The notes under the pieces were generated by a model. The model saw only the letters and a program-made list of their open reading frames with translations, made no database searches and was not told the DNA's origin. The translations under genes were made by a program, and so were the position numbers. From Dehalococcoidia bacterium (lineage in GTDB: Bacteria > Chloroflexota > Dehalococcoidia > SM23-28-2), in assembly GCA_030615765.1 (NCBI GenBank), contig JAUWYP010000002.1, forward strand, positions 82,480 to 146,479: a stretch of 64,000 bases of DNA. Direction: 5' to 3'. This document shows positions 26,286 to 35,279 of this stretch, piece by piece (positions within the stretch are counted from its first letter, which is position 1; each line of letters begins with the position of its first letter).

Positions 26286-28304
26286 CTACCAGCCGCGGCG
26301 GCGCATGATCGATAGCTCTTTCAGCCCTTCTTCGTCGCCCACCAGCTCCCGCCGCAGGTCGACGATCTGGTCACGCAGGAGGGCCGCCCGCTCGAACTCC
26401 AGGTTCTGAGCCGCCTTCTTCATCTGCGACTCCAGGTCCTTGATCAGGCGAGCGATCTCGTCCTTGGGGATGGGGCCGGTGCGATATACGGCCCGTTCCT
26501 CGGCCACCTTGCGCACCCGGTCGGTGAGGTCACGGATGGCCTTGCGGATGCCCTCCGGCTGGATGCCGTGCTCCTGGTTGTAGCTCATCTGGATACGCCG
26601 CCGCCGATTGGTCTCCCCGATGGCCTTGCGCATCGACTCGGTCATGGTATCGGCGTACATCATGACCCGGCCGTCCACGTGGCGGGCGGCCCTCCCCATG
26701 GTCTGGATCAGCGACCACTCGGAGCGCAGGTAGCCCTCCTTGTCGGCGTCCAGGATGGCCACCAGGCTCACCTCCGGCAGGTCCAGGCCCTCCCGCAGCA
26801 GGTTGATGCCCACCACTACGTCGTAGACCCCCAGGCGCAGGTCACGCAAGATCTCCACCCTGCCCAGGGTGTCGATCTCCGAGTGCAGGTAGTGGGTCTT
26901 GACCCCCATCTCCGCCAGGTAGTCCGCCAGGTCCTCGGCCATCTTCTTGGTGAGGGTGGTGACCAGGACTCGCTCGCCCCTCTCCACCCGCTGGCGGACC
27001 TGCTCGATGAGGTCGTCCACCTGGCCCTTCGTGGGCTTCACCTCGATCGAGGGATCGAGAAGGCCGGTGGGGCGGATGATCTGCTCCACTACCTGCTCGC
27101 TGTGCTCGTACTCGTAGGGGCCGGGGGTAGCCGAGACGAAGACCACCTGGTTGATGTGGCGGTCGAACTCGGAGAAGTTCAGGGGGCGATTGTCCAGGGC
27201 CGAGGGCAGGCGGAAGCCGTAGTCCACCAGCGTCTGCTTGCGGGAGATGTCGCCGTGGTACATGCCGCGAATCTGGGGTATGCCCATGTGCGACTCGTCG
27301 ATGAACATGAGAAGGTCGTCGGGGAAGTAGTCAAGGAGGGTCCAGGGCGTGCTCCCCGGCGGCCGTCGCGCCAGGTGGCGGGAGTAGTTCTCGATGCCAG
27401 AGCAGTAGCCCTGCTCCCGCAGGCACTCCATGTCGTAGCGGGTGCGCTCCCACAGGCGCTGGGCCTCCAGCAGCTTATCCTGGGCCTTGAACCACTCCAC
27501 CCGCTCCTCCAGCTCCGTCTGGATGTCCTCGATGGCCGCCTCCAGCTTGTCCTGAGATGTAACAAAATGCTTGGCGGGATACACGTCGATGCGCTCCAGC
27601 TCGCCCAGGATCTCGCCGGTGAGGGGGTCGAGCTGGGAGATGCGCTCCACCTCGTCGCCCCAGAAGTCGACCCGCACCGCCAGCTCCTCGTACGATGGCA
27701 TGATGGTGAGGCTATCGCCCCGCAGACGGAAGCGGCCGCGCAGGAGGTTCATGTCATTGCGCTCGTACTGCATGTCGACCAGCTTGCGCAGGCTGCGCTG
27801 GCGATTGCTGGCCTCGCCCTTCTTGAAGGTGAGGACGAAGTTGTAGTACTCGGAGGGCTCACCTAAACCGTAAATGCACGACACCGAGGCCACGATGACC
27901 ACATCCCGCCGCTCGAAGAGAGCGCGGGTAGCAGCGTGACGCAGCTTGTCGATCTCCTCGTTGATGTCGGCGTCCTTGGCGATGTAGGTGTCGGTGCGGG
28001 GGATGTAGGCCTCGGGCTGGTAGTAGTCGTAGTAGCTGACGAAGTACTCGACGGCGTTCTGGGGGAAGAACTCGCGGAACTCGCTGTAGAGCTGGGCGGC
28101 CAGCGTCTTGTTGGGCGAGAGGACGAGCGCGGGGCGATTGCAGCGAGCCATAGCGCTGGCCATGGTGAAGGTCTTGCCGCTGCCGGTCACCCCCAGCAGC
28201 GTCTGAACGCGATAGCCCTTCTCCAGGCCGTCGACGAGCTTCTCGATGGCCTGGGGCTGGTCGCCCGTGGGCGCAAAGTCAGAGACGAGACGAAATTCAG
28301 GCAT
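26286..28304 (-). CDS. uvrB: excinuclease ABC subunit B
   Basis: [12 protein letters not shown], helicase motifs and a C-terminal UVR domain ([13 protein letters not shown]). Confidence 0.95.
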   Translation of the reverse strand: MPEFRLVSDFAPTGDQPQAIEKLVDGLEKGYRVQTLLGVTGSGKTFTMASAMARCNRPALVLSPNKTLAAQLYSEFREFFPQNAVEYFVSYYDYYQPEAYIPRTDTYIAKDADINEEIDKLRHAATRALFERRDVVIVASVSCIYGLGEPSEYYNFVLTFKKGEASNRQRSLRKLVDMQYERNDMNLLRGRFRLRGDSLTIMPSYEELAVRVDFWGDEVERISQLDPLTGEILGELERIDVYPAKHFVTSQDKLEAAIEDIQTELEERVEWFKAQDKLLEAQRLWERTRYDMECLREQGYCSGIENYSRHLARRPPGSTPWTLLDYFPDDLLMFIDESHMGIPQIRGMYHGDISRKQTLVDYGFRLPSALDNRPLNFSEFDRHINQVVFVSATPGPYEYEHSEQVVEQIIRPTGLLDPSIEVKPTKGQVDDLIEQVRQRVERGERVLVTTLTKKMAEDLADYLAEMGVKTHYLHSEIDTLGRVEILRDLRLGVYDVVVGINLLREGLDLPEVSLVAILDADKEGYLRSEWSLIQTMGRAARHVDGRVMMYADTMTESMRKAIGETNRRRRIQMSYNQEHGIQPEGIRKAIRDLTDRVRKVAEERAVYRTGPIPKDEIARLIKDLESQMKKAAQNLEFERAALLRDQIVDLRRELVGDEEGLKELSIMRRRGW

Positions 28305-28356
28305 GGCTACGTAATCATTGTATCATTCGCGAGGATTACGATTGGCCGGCCAACCC

Positions 28357-28992
28357 TCAACCCTTCTGCATCCGCTCGAAGACGGCCCTTATCACTTCCT
28401 CCACCGACCCCAGGGCCTGCTCCCGGGTGATGTCCTCCACCAGGGTGCTCGCCTCCCTGTGGCTGAAGCCAAGCCCCACCATGCCCGCCACGGCGTCTCG
28501 CCTGACCTGCTCCGAGGTCAGCGCTGCCGCCGCCGCAGGCATCTCCGCGAAGCCCTCGTCGCGCAGCAGCGCGAAGGGCGTGACCTTGCCCCGCAGGCGG
28601 GCGACGATCGTCTCGGCGGTCCTGGCGCCGATGCCCGGCAGCCGACGAAGGGAGGCGGTGTCCCCCTCCTCGATCCAGCACGCTATCGTCGATACGGAGA
28701 AGACGAGAGCCTTCAGGGCCCTCGTCGCACCCACATCCGGCACCTCGATGAACCTCTTGAAGAACTCCCTCTCCACCGGTCGTTTGAAGCCCACGAGCTT
28801 GGGGATAGGCTGCCGCTCCGCCGCGTAGTAGAAGGTGTCCAGCTCGATCTCCCCGTCCAGCTCGGCGTCCTCGAAGGCGCGCCAGACGAACATCGGCAGG
28901 AAGACCTCGTAGCAGACCCCGTTCACCTCCACCTCGAGGCTCATCTCCTCGTCGTTCTTCTTGCGCAGTATCCCGTGCAGGTGCGAGATCAT
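28357..28992 (-). CDS. ruvA: Holliday junction branch migration complex subunit RuvA
   Basis: MISHLHGIL....VEVNGVCYEV OB-fold start, HhH region (LPGIGARTAETIV) and C-terminal domain III. Confidence 0.85.
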   Translation of the reverse strand: MISHLHGILRKKNDEEMSLEVEVNGVCYEVFLPMFVWRAFEDAELDGEIELDTFYYAAERQPIPKLVGFKRPVEREFFKRFIEVPDVGATRALKALVFSVSTIACWIEEGDTASLRRLPGIGARTAETIVARLRGKVTPFALLRDEGFAEMPAAAAALTSEQVRRDAVAGMVGLGFSHREASTLVEDITREQALGSVEEVIRAVFERMQKG

Positions 28993-29079
28993 CTCACTCT
29001 GTCCCTACCGACATCGATCCGCCAGGAGCTGCCGTCCCGCCGTTGCGGGACGCGCGCGGCCTGACGGGGGGGGCAGCGC

Positions 29080-30222
29080 TCACGGCTGATCATCCGGCTC
29101 CGGCCTGTCTTCCGGCTTCTCGCCGGAAGCCTGCCGCACCACCTCGATCGTCTCGAGCGCACGCCGCTCTCGATCTGAGCGACTGCCTATGTGGAACCTC
29201 TCGAAAGCAGCAATCATCTCGCGCGGGTCGCCTTTCTCTGCCAGCACGACGGGCCAAAGGTGGAACAGAGAGATTCCCCGTCGGAGCGTTTCGTATTCGC
29301 CCCTTGCCACGAGATGTTGCCATCGGCGCACAACGACGTTCTCTCTTCCGACCAAGGCAGTGCTTAGATCCTCGATTGTCTCTATCCCCACATAACGCAA
29401 GTACTCAGCCAAACTGTCCACGAAATGCTCCTCTGGCTGTTTCAGCTCGGCGCCAGTCCACTCCGCTAGCTGCGCGTCGACTCGCCGCACGACGTCGTCT
29501 TCGGCGATGAACGCGGCCAGTGAGACCTTGTCCAGCAGCACCTCGCTTGGCTTCTCTGCTATGTCCCTCTTGACTTCTGACGCGTAGGCTGCAAGCTCGT
29601 CGCGGATCACCATGAACTGCTCGTCGCCCGTCTCCAACAGGCCTGCTAGACGCGAGAACCGCCGTCGTATCGCCCTTGGTATGCCTTGCGGGGCCTTGTA
29701 CCCCAAGTCGTGCTCGATTTCGGCCCAGGCGTGCTGCAGAATCGAGCGAACCTGAACCTCACAGGCGTACCCGCTGTAGGGCGCGTATTCGCGCAGGCGG
29801 GTGCGTTCCGCTGGGAGAGTACAAACGTAGTGAAGAGATAGGTAACCAAAGCGATCCGGATCGAGGGCTTTTCTCTTGTCGATTGACTGGTCAGCTATAA
29901 TACTGAACTCCCGCTCTATTATTGTCCCTATAGCGTCTACGTCATCGCCGAAATACGTGATGATCCGTATGCCCGCCAGATCCGTCACCTCACCGAGCGC
30001 CTCACACTGTCTTTCTTCTCTAGCGAGCTTCCCTTTCAGACTGTCCACAGTCTTGGCTCGACACGTAACGGAATGCACGCGAACCCCCTCAATGGCCAGA
30101 AGCTGCTCCACCAGATCTTTGCACCTTGTCGCAAACTGCGCGTAGATCGGCAGCTTGTCGCGATACTCCGCGACCATGCCTTCCACCCGGTCCTTACGCC
30201 GCTCTCCCGCTCGCTTAGCCAT
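29080..30222 (-). CDS. RelA/SpoT-domain (alarmone-synthetase-fold nucleotidyltransferase) protein with a ~180-aa C-terminal extension
   Basis: All synthetase-fold motifs are present: CRAKTVDSLKGKL, DLAGIRIITY, FGYLSLHYV, EVQVRSILQHAWAEIEHDLGYK. Lower GC than its neighbours (26/60 in the line at 29881-29940). Confidence 0.85.
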   Translation of the reverse strand: MAKRAGERRKDRVEGMVAEYRDKLPIYAQFATRCKDLVEQLLAIEGVRVHSVTCRAKTVDSLKGKLAREERQCEALGEVTDLAGIRIITYFGDDVDAIGTIIEREFSIIADQSIDKRKALDPDRFGYLSLHYVCTLPAERTRLREYAPYSGYACEVQVRSILQHAWAEIEHDLGYKAPQGIPRAIRRRFSRLAGLLETGDEQFMVIRDELAAYASEVKRDIAEKPSEVLLDKVSLAAFIAEDDVVRRVDAQLAEWTGAELKQPEEHFVDSLAEYLRYVGIETIEDLSTALVGRENVVVRRWQHLVARGEYETLRRGISLFHLWPVVLAEKGDPREMIAAFERFHIGSRSDRERRALETIEVVRQASGEKPEDRPEPDDQP

Positions 30223-30259
30223 CGACCTTCACCCCCGGTTCAGATGTCTCCCAGACATT

Positions 30260-30778
30260 CTACCCCAATTGGGCCTGCCGCCGCTGGTAGCAGTGGCAGA
30301 GCGCGACGGCCAGGGCGTCGGCGGCGTCCGCTGGCTCGGGTGCCTCGTCCAGGCCCAGGAGAAGGCGCACCATCTCCTGCACCTGCACCTTCTGGCTGCC
30401 GCCGTAGCTGGTGACGAACTGCTTGACCTGGGCCGGCTGGTACTGGAACACCGGCAGGCCGGCCTGGGCCGCCGCCAGCAGGACCACCGCCCGCGCCTCG
30501 CCGATGGCCACCGCCGCCCGCACGTTGCCGACCAGAAAGTCCTCCACCGCCACCTCGGCCGGCTGCCAGTCGGCGATCACCCCGGCGATGCCATCGTAGA
30601 TCTGGCGCAGGCGCTCGGGCAGAGGCCGCCGCTTCTGTATGCTCAGCACCCCGTAGGCCACCGCCTGCGGTCGATCCCCGCTCAGCAGGACGAGGCCGTA
30701 GCCGGTGGTGGACAGGCCCGGGTCGATGCCCAGGATCAATAGCCCAGAAGGCAATGGCCTAGGGAGAAGGGTGACCAC
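30260..30778 (-). CDS. ruvC: crossover junction endodeoxyribonuclease RuvC
   Basis: ILGIDPGLSTTGYG. The start is ambiguous, since an internal TTG would give MILGIDPG. Confidence 0.9.
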   Translation of the reverse strand: MVTLLPRPLPSGLLILGIDPGLSTTGYGLVLLSGDRPQAVAYGVLSIQKRRPLPERLRQIYDGIAGVIADWQPAEVAVEDFLVGNVRAAVAIGEARAVVLLAAAQAGLPVFQYQPAQVKQFVTSYGGSQKVQVQEMVRLLLGLDEAPEPADAADALAVALCHCYQRRQAQLG

Positions 30779-30799
30779 AGTGATGACGAAAAAGGCCGT

Positions 30800-31555
30800 T
30801 CATGAGCGGCCAGCGTACTCCACCAGCACCTCGTCAGGGAAGTCGGCGTTGGAGTACACCCGCTGAACGTCGTCCAGCTCTTCGAGGGTGTCCAGCAGCT
30901 TCAGCACCTGCCCCGCCTGCTTGTCATCGAGGCTGATAGTGCTCTTAGGGATCATGGACAGCTCAGCCGAGGCCACGGGCACCTCCATCTCCTCCAGCGT
31001 CCTTCGCACCCTCTCCAGACCCCCCGGGGCAGTGTGCACCTCGACCCGCTTGTCCTCGATCTCGACGTCCTCGGCGCCGGCATCGATGGCCATCAGGGCG
31101 ATCTCTTCGGGGTCCCTATCGGACGCCTCGATGAGGATCAGGCCCTTGCTATCGAACTGCCAGGCCACGCAGCCGCTCTCCCCCAGGCTGCCGCCGCCGC
31201 GGGAAAATGTGGTGCGCAGGCTGGCTACGGCCCGATTGCGGTTGTCGGCGAGGACGTCCACCATGATGGCTACGCCGCCCGGGCCGTAGCCCTCGAAGGT
31301 GCCATCGATGAGCTGGCCGCCCTCGAGCTGGCCGGTGCCCCGCTTGATCGCCCGCTCGACGGTGTCGGCGGGCATGTTGTTCTCGCGCCCCTTGAGCAGG
31401 GCCAGGCGCAGGCGAGGGTTCATCTCGGGGTCGCCGCCGCCCTCGCGGGCGGCCACCATGATCTCGCGGCCGAGCTTGGTGAAGATCTGGCCGCGCTTGG
31501 CGTCGGTGGCGCCCTTCTGGCGCTTGACCTGGGACCAGTGCGAGTGGCCTCCCAT
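30800..31555 (-). CDS. yebC: YebC/PmpR-family DNA-binding regulator
   Basis: MGGHSHWSQVKRQKGATDAKRGQIFTKL. Confidence 0.9.
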   Translation of the reverse strand: MGGHSHWSQVKRQKGATDAKRGQIFTKLGREIMVAAREGGGDPEMNPRLRLALLKGRENNMPADTVERAIKRGTGQLEGGQLIDGTFEGYGPGGVAIMVDVLADNRNRAVASLRTTFSRGGGSLGESGCVAWQFDSKGLILIEASDRDPEEIALMAIDAGAEDVEIEDKRVEVHTAPGGLERVRRTLEEMEVPVASAELSMIPKSTISLDDKQAGQVLKLLDTLEELDDVQRVYSNADFPDEVLVEYAGRS

Positions 31556-31639
31556 GCTGGGCCTCCCTAGTGTCGCTTGTCGCCGCCCTATTCTAGCATC
31601 GAGGCGGGAAGGCGGTCAAAAAGGGAGACGGTTGGTTAG

Positions 31640-32134
31640 ATGACACACCCTGAAGGTTGCGTATATGCTGCCATGACTGTCTTTGACAACGGAATGGCTC
31701 AAGGAGATAATAGACTCGTGATGAATGTGACTCTGGCTGTCCTTGCCGACTACGCTAATACATCCAAAGAGGGCAAGCTAAACATATTAGGTGTTTTCAG
31801 CGAGATAAATCCTCCGGTTCTGCCGTGGAACCTCCCTCAGATGTATGTAGTAGTATCAATGGAGGCGGAGCCTTCTGAAGCTGGTATTGAGATGCCGTTC
31901 AGTACTCTCCTATGGGATGGAGATGGGAAGGAAATCCTAAGCATCGAACAGAAGATCATCGTTCCACAGCCGAGCCGCCCAGGGGCACACACCATGATTA
32001 ACAACATCATTGCATTGGCGGGTGTCCCATTTAACAAACCAGGGGAATACGCATTCTATATCCGAGTCGCAGGGGAGCAAAAGCGACAGATCGCATTCCG
32101 TGTACATGAGCCAGCAAAAGGACCAGCCACATGA
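31640..32134 (+). CDS. hypothetical beta-rich protein (recalls an uncharacterised ~130-aa DUF family)
   Basis: Core MNVTLAVLADYANTSKEGKLNILGVF...GEYAFYIRVAGEQ. Several possible starts (31640, 31673, 31694, 31721). About 45% GC. Its stop overlaps the next ATG (ATGA at 32131-32134). Confidence 0.6.
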   Translation: MTHPEGCVYAAMTVFDNGMAQGDNRLVMNVTLAVLADYANTSKEGKLNILGVFSEINPPVLPWNLPQMYVVVSMEAEPSEAGIEMPFSTLLWDGDGKEILSIEQKIIVPQPSRPGAHTMINNIIALAGVPFNKPGEYAFYIRVAGEQKRQIAFRVHEPAKGPAT

Positions 32135-32367
32135 TTCCAGTTATTATCGAGCGGGAGTACCGAGGCCCATACCTGGGCGGTTCACAGCTGTATCAATCAC
32201 CTGCCCAGCCTGTGCAGGTTGACCCAGGGATCACAACAAGGGACGAAACTGTGACCATGATTCGCCATTATGAACGACCACCACAAGCGGTACTGACGGA
32301 AGCCGAGGCACCTGCGCTGGCGAAGATTTGGGACAATGGCAGCGATGCGATTTTCGATACCATGTGA
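32131..32367 (+). CDS. small protein, putative antitoxin partner of the downstream MazF-like gene
   Basis: AAGGA lies about 9 nt upstream of the ATG. Its position is immediately 5' of, and overlapping, a PemK/MazF-like gene. The antitoxin role is inferred from position only. Confidence 0.4.
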   Translation: MIPVIIEREYRGPYLGGSQLYQSPAQPVQVDPGITTRDETVTMIRHYERPPQAVLTEAEAPALAKIWDNGSDAIFDTM

Positions 32368-32692
32368 TCCAGGCGATGTTGTCCTTGTGAACTTTCAATT
32401 TACCGACAGGCCCCAGGTAAAGAAGCGCCCCGCCGTCGTACTAAGCGTACCGCAATACCAGCAATCACGGTCAGATGCAGTGATGGTTGCCCTCACAACT
32501 GGATTAGGTCGCAATTATTTTGGCGATTGTCCGATTCAGGAGTGGCAAGCGGCAGGTCTACCCAAGCCCAGCGTTGCTAAAGGCGTTATTCAGACCATCT
32601 CTCAAGACACGGTTGACCGAAGGCTGGGCGTATTGACCTCTGATGACTTCAGCCGTGTTCAGGGCAGCGTTAAGGAAATACTTGGCCTTTGA
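32336..32692 (+). CDS. PemK/MazF-family toxin-like protein
   Basis: PGDVVLVNFQFTD....KKRPAVVLS......SDAVMVALTT........D..I..W..AGLPKPSVAKGVIQTI....V.RRLG.L matches the MazF/PemK SH3-like fold pattern. The start is 32336 or 32345. Confidence 0.75.
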   Translation: MAAMRFSIPCDPGDVVLVNFQFTDRPQVKKRPAVVLSVPQYQQSRSDAVMVALTTGLGRNYFGDCPIQEWQAAGLPKPSVAKGVIQTISQDTVDRRLGVLTSDDFSRVQGSVKEILGL

Positions 32693-32761
32693 TGAATAAG
32701 GACAAGAGACAACGCCACGAAGATACGACGCTATCACGTTAAGCGCCACCTCCATCGCCCC

Positions 32762-33601
32762 CTAGCCCGCCACCGTCACGTTATCGATTAGCCGCGTTCC
32801 GCCGATGCGCACCGCCAGCGACACCAGCGCCGCCCTGTCGACGGTCTCCAGCTCGGCCAGGGTCTCGCCGTCGGCCACGCTGACGTACTCCACCCTCGCC
32901 AGCGGCTCGGAGGCGAGAACGTCCCGCATCTCCCCACGGATGACCTCCGCCCGCCGCTCGCCGCCATCGAAGATCTCTCGCGCGCGGCAGAGGGACCGCC
33001 AGAGGACGCTGGCCGCTCGCCGCTCCTCGGGCGAGAGGTAGGCGTTGCGGCTGCTCATGGCCAGGCCGTCGGGCTCCCGCACTGTGGGCACGGCCACGAC
33101 CTCCACGCCCATGTTCAGGTCGGCCACCATCCTGCGGAGGACGGCCAGTTGCTGGCCGTCCTTCTGGCCGAAGTAGGCCCGCTGCGCCTGCACGACGTTG
33201 AACAGCTTGGCCACCACCGTGGTCACCCCCCGGAGATGCCCGGGCCGAGAGGCCCCCTCCAGCCGGCCGGTGAGCGATTCGCCCACCTCCACCCAGGCGT
33301 CGAAGCCCTGAGGGTACATCTCCTCCACGCCGGGCATGAAGACGGTGTCTGTCCCCTCCTGCTCCAGCAGGCGCAGGTCACGCTCGGGGTCGCGAGGGTA
33401 GCGCTGGTAGTCCTCTTGAGGGCCGAACTGGGTGGGGTTGACGAAAATGGTGACCACCAGGTGCTGGTTGTCGGCGCGGGCGCGGCGCACCAGCGACAGG
33501 TGCCCTTCGTGGAGGTAGCCCATGGTCGGGACGAGACCGACGCTGCCGGTCATCTGGGCGCGCAGGCGGCGCATCTCCGCCACTGTGGTCACGACTTGCA
33601 T
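32762..33601 (-). CDS. panC: pantoate--beta-alanine ligase
   Basis: PTMGYLHEGHLSLV and VTIFVNPTQF. Confidence 0.9.
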   Translation of the reverse strand: MQVVTTVAEMRRLRAQMTGSVGLVPTMGYLHEGHLSLVRRARADNQHLVVTIFVNPTQFGPQEDYQRYPRDPERDLRLLEQEGTDTVFMPGVEEMYPQGFDAWVEVGESLTGRLEGASRPGHLRGVTTVVAKLFNVVQAQRAYFGQKDGQQLAVLRRMVADLNMGVEVVAVPTVREPDGLAMSSRNAYLSPEERRAASVLWRSLCRAREIFDGGERRAEVIRGEMRDVLASEPLARVEYVSVADGETLAELETVDRAALVSLAVRIGGTRLIDNVTVAG

Positions 33602-33616
33602 GTTGACCGAATGTCA

Positions 33617-33652
33617 GCCGCATCCCCACTGGCCGGCGAGCGGGGATGCGGC
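33617..33652 (-). other. intercistronic 11-bp GC-rich hairpin between panB and panC
   Basis: gccgcatcccc / ggggatgcggc with a 14-nt loop. No T-tract follows on either strand. Confidence 0.5.
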
Positions 33653-33677
33653 GAAAGCTAATCGAAGCTGCTCTCGT

Positions 33678-34517
33678 CTAGACTAGGTGGGTCAAATCGG
33701 AGAGGGCCGCCTCGTCCATAATGAAGCTCTCCTTCTCGGTGGGGAATCGGCCCTCTGCCACCTCGGCCATATACTCTCGAGCGGCTCGGCCGACGTCTTC
33801 CGCCAACTGAGCGTACTGTTTGGCGTGCTTGGGCACGAAATCGGGGTAGAGCCCGAGCATATCGTGGAGCACCTGTACCTGGCCATCACAGTGGGGCCCC
33901 GCGCCGATGCCGATTGTGGGTATGCTCACCCGCTCGGTGATGAGCTCGGCCAGGGCGACGGGAATCGTCTCCAGGACGATGGCATAGGCGCCCGCCTCCT
34001 CCAGCGCCTGGGCGTCGTTGAGGAGCTTGACGGCGGCCGCCGGCGTCTTGCCCTGCACCTTGTATCCGCCGAATTGGTGCAGAGACTGGGGCGTCAGGCC
34101 AATGTGGCCCATCACCGGAATGCCCGCCTCCACCAGGCGGCGCACGGTTTCGGCGACTGTCTTGCCGCCCTCCAGCTTGACGGACTGCGCGCCTGCCTCC
34201 TGCATCAGGCGACCGGCATTGCGCAGGGCATCCTCGGGCCCCACCTGATAGCTCATGAAGGGCATGTCAGCCACCACGTGCGCTCGCTGGCTGCCGCGCA
34301 CCACCGCCTTGGTATGGTGGATCATGTCGGCCATGGTCACCGGCAGGGTGGAGTCGTAGCCCAGGACGACCATGCCCAGGCTATCGCCCACCAAGATGAT
34401 CGGCACGCCCGCCTCGTCCAGGATCCTGGCGGTCGGATAGTCGTAGGCGGTGAGCATGGCGATCTTCTCGCCCCGCTTCTTCATCGCCTTGAGGTTGTGG
34501 ATGGATACGCGCTTCAT
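33678..34517 (-). CDS. panB: 3-methyl-2-oxobutanoate hydroxymethyltransferase
   Basis: [18 protein letters not shown] and VKLEGG motifs. The start is set at the ATG at 34517 (MKRVSI), with GGGAGGG upstream. Confidence 0.9.
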   Translation of the reverse strand: MKRVSIHNLKAMKKRGEKIAMLTAYDYPTARILDEAGVPIILVGDSLGMVVLGYDSTLPVTMADMIHHTKAVVRGSQRAHVVADMPFMSYQVGPEDALRNAGRLMQEAGAQSVKLEGGKTVAETVRRLVEAGIPVMGHIGLTPQSLHQFGGYKVQGKTPAAAVKLLNDAQALEEAGAYAIVLETIPVALAELITERVSIPTIGIGAGPHCDGQVQVLHDMLGLYPDFVPKHAKQYAQLAEDVGRAAREYMAEVAEGRFPTEKESFIMDEAALSDLTHLV

Positions 34518-34527
34518 GTCGCCCTCC

Positions 34528-34914
34528 CTACGCCACCGCTTCCTGGCGCTCGACAGCGGCACCACCCACGCTCACGATCTTGTTCTCCTCATCGACGTAG
34601 ATCAGCTTGGGCAGGAAGCGCGGCGCCTCCTCCTCGCTGACCGACCCATAGGCCAGGACGATCACCAGATCACCCTTGTCGACAAGGTGAGCAGCGGCGC
34701 CGTTGATTACCACCTCGCCGCTACCCCGCTCACCCTCAATGACGTAGGTCTCCAGCCGAGCGCCGTTGGTTATGTCGAGCACGTGCACCAGCTCAAAGGG
34801 CAGGAGATCCGCCGCCTCTATAAGGATCGGATCCAGGGTAAGGCTGCCTTCGTAGTCGAGATCGGCCCCCGTGACGTGGGCTCGATGAATCTTGCTCTTG
34901 AGCATGGTCCTCAT
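34528..34914 (-). CDS. panD: aspartate 1-decarboxylase
   Basis: [28 protein letters not shown], including the G-S self-processing site. The start is set at the ATG at 34914. Confidence 0.9.
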   Translation of the reverse strand: MRTMLKSKIHRAHVTGADLDYEGSLTLDPILIEAADLLPFELVHVLDITNGARLETYVIEGERGSGEVVINGAAAHLVDKGDLVIVLAYGSVSEEEAPRFLPKLIYVDEENKIVSVGGAAVERQEAVA

Positions 34915-34944
34915 GTCGGTCCCCCCATCTGCTGGCTCGCCTGG

Positions 34945-34981
34945 CACAAGAAAAGCCCTCTCGGACTGCGACCGAGAGGGC
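34945..34981 (-). terminator. leader terminator (attenuator) about 30 nt upstream of panD
   Basis: 10-bp stem gccctctcgg / ccgagagggc (34955-34964 and 34972-34981). On the minus strand it is followed by CTTTTCTTG. An upstream near-copy of its 3' arm (35012-21) could form an antiterminator. Confidence 0.6.
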
Positions 34982-35114
34982 TTCGCAAATAGCCACTCCC
35001 CGACTCTATGTGCCGTCTCGGTCGGTTGCCCGATCCAAGCGATCTCTGGCTTCCCGGATATGGACGGCGCTTGTCGCGCCTTAGCTTACCGCCTCATGGG
35101 TCGGTAGCAATCAT

Positions 35115-35143
35115 AATATACACAGTTGACGGCCGAATGGCAA
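35115..35143 (-). promoter_or_regulatory. sigma-70-like promoter of the panDBC leader
   Basis: On the minus strand: TTGCCA, a 17-nt spacer, then TATATT. Confidence 0.5.
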
Positions 35144-35279
35144 TAGCCCTTGACCGAATATCTGAAACCCGATTCAATAGAACCACAGCCTTCAAACCGC
35201 TGCAAGAGCGCTCAACGTCTCTCGCTCCCGATTGCGTATTCCTACGTCCTCACTTGGGCGCCAACGCTTACGAGTTAGA

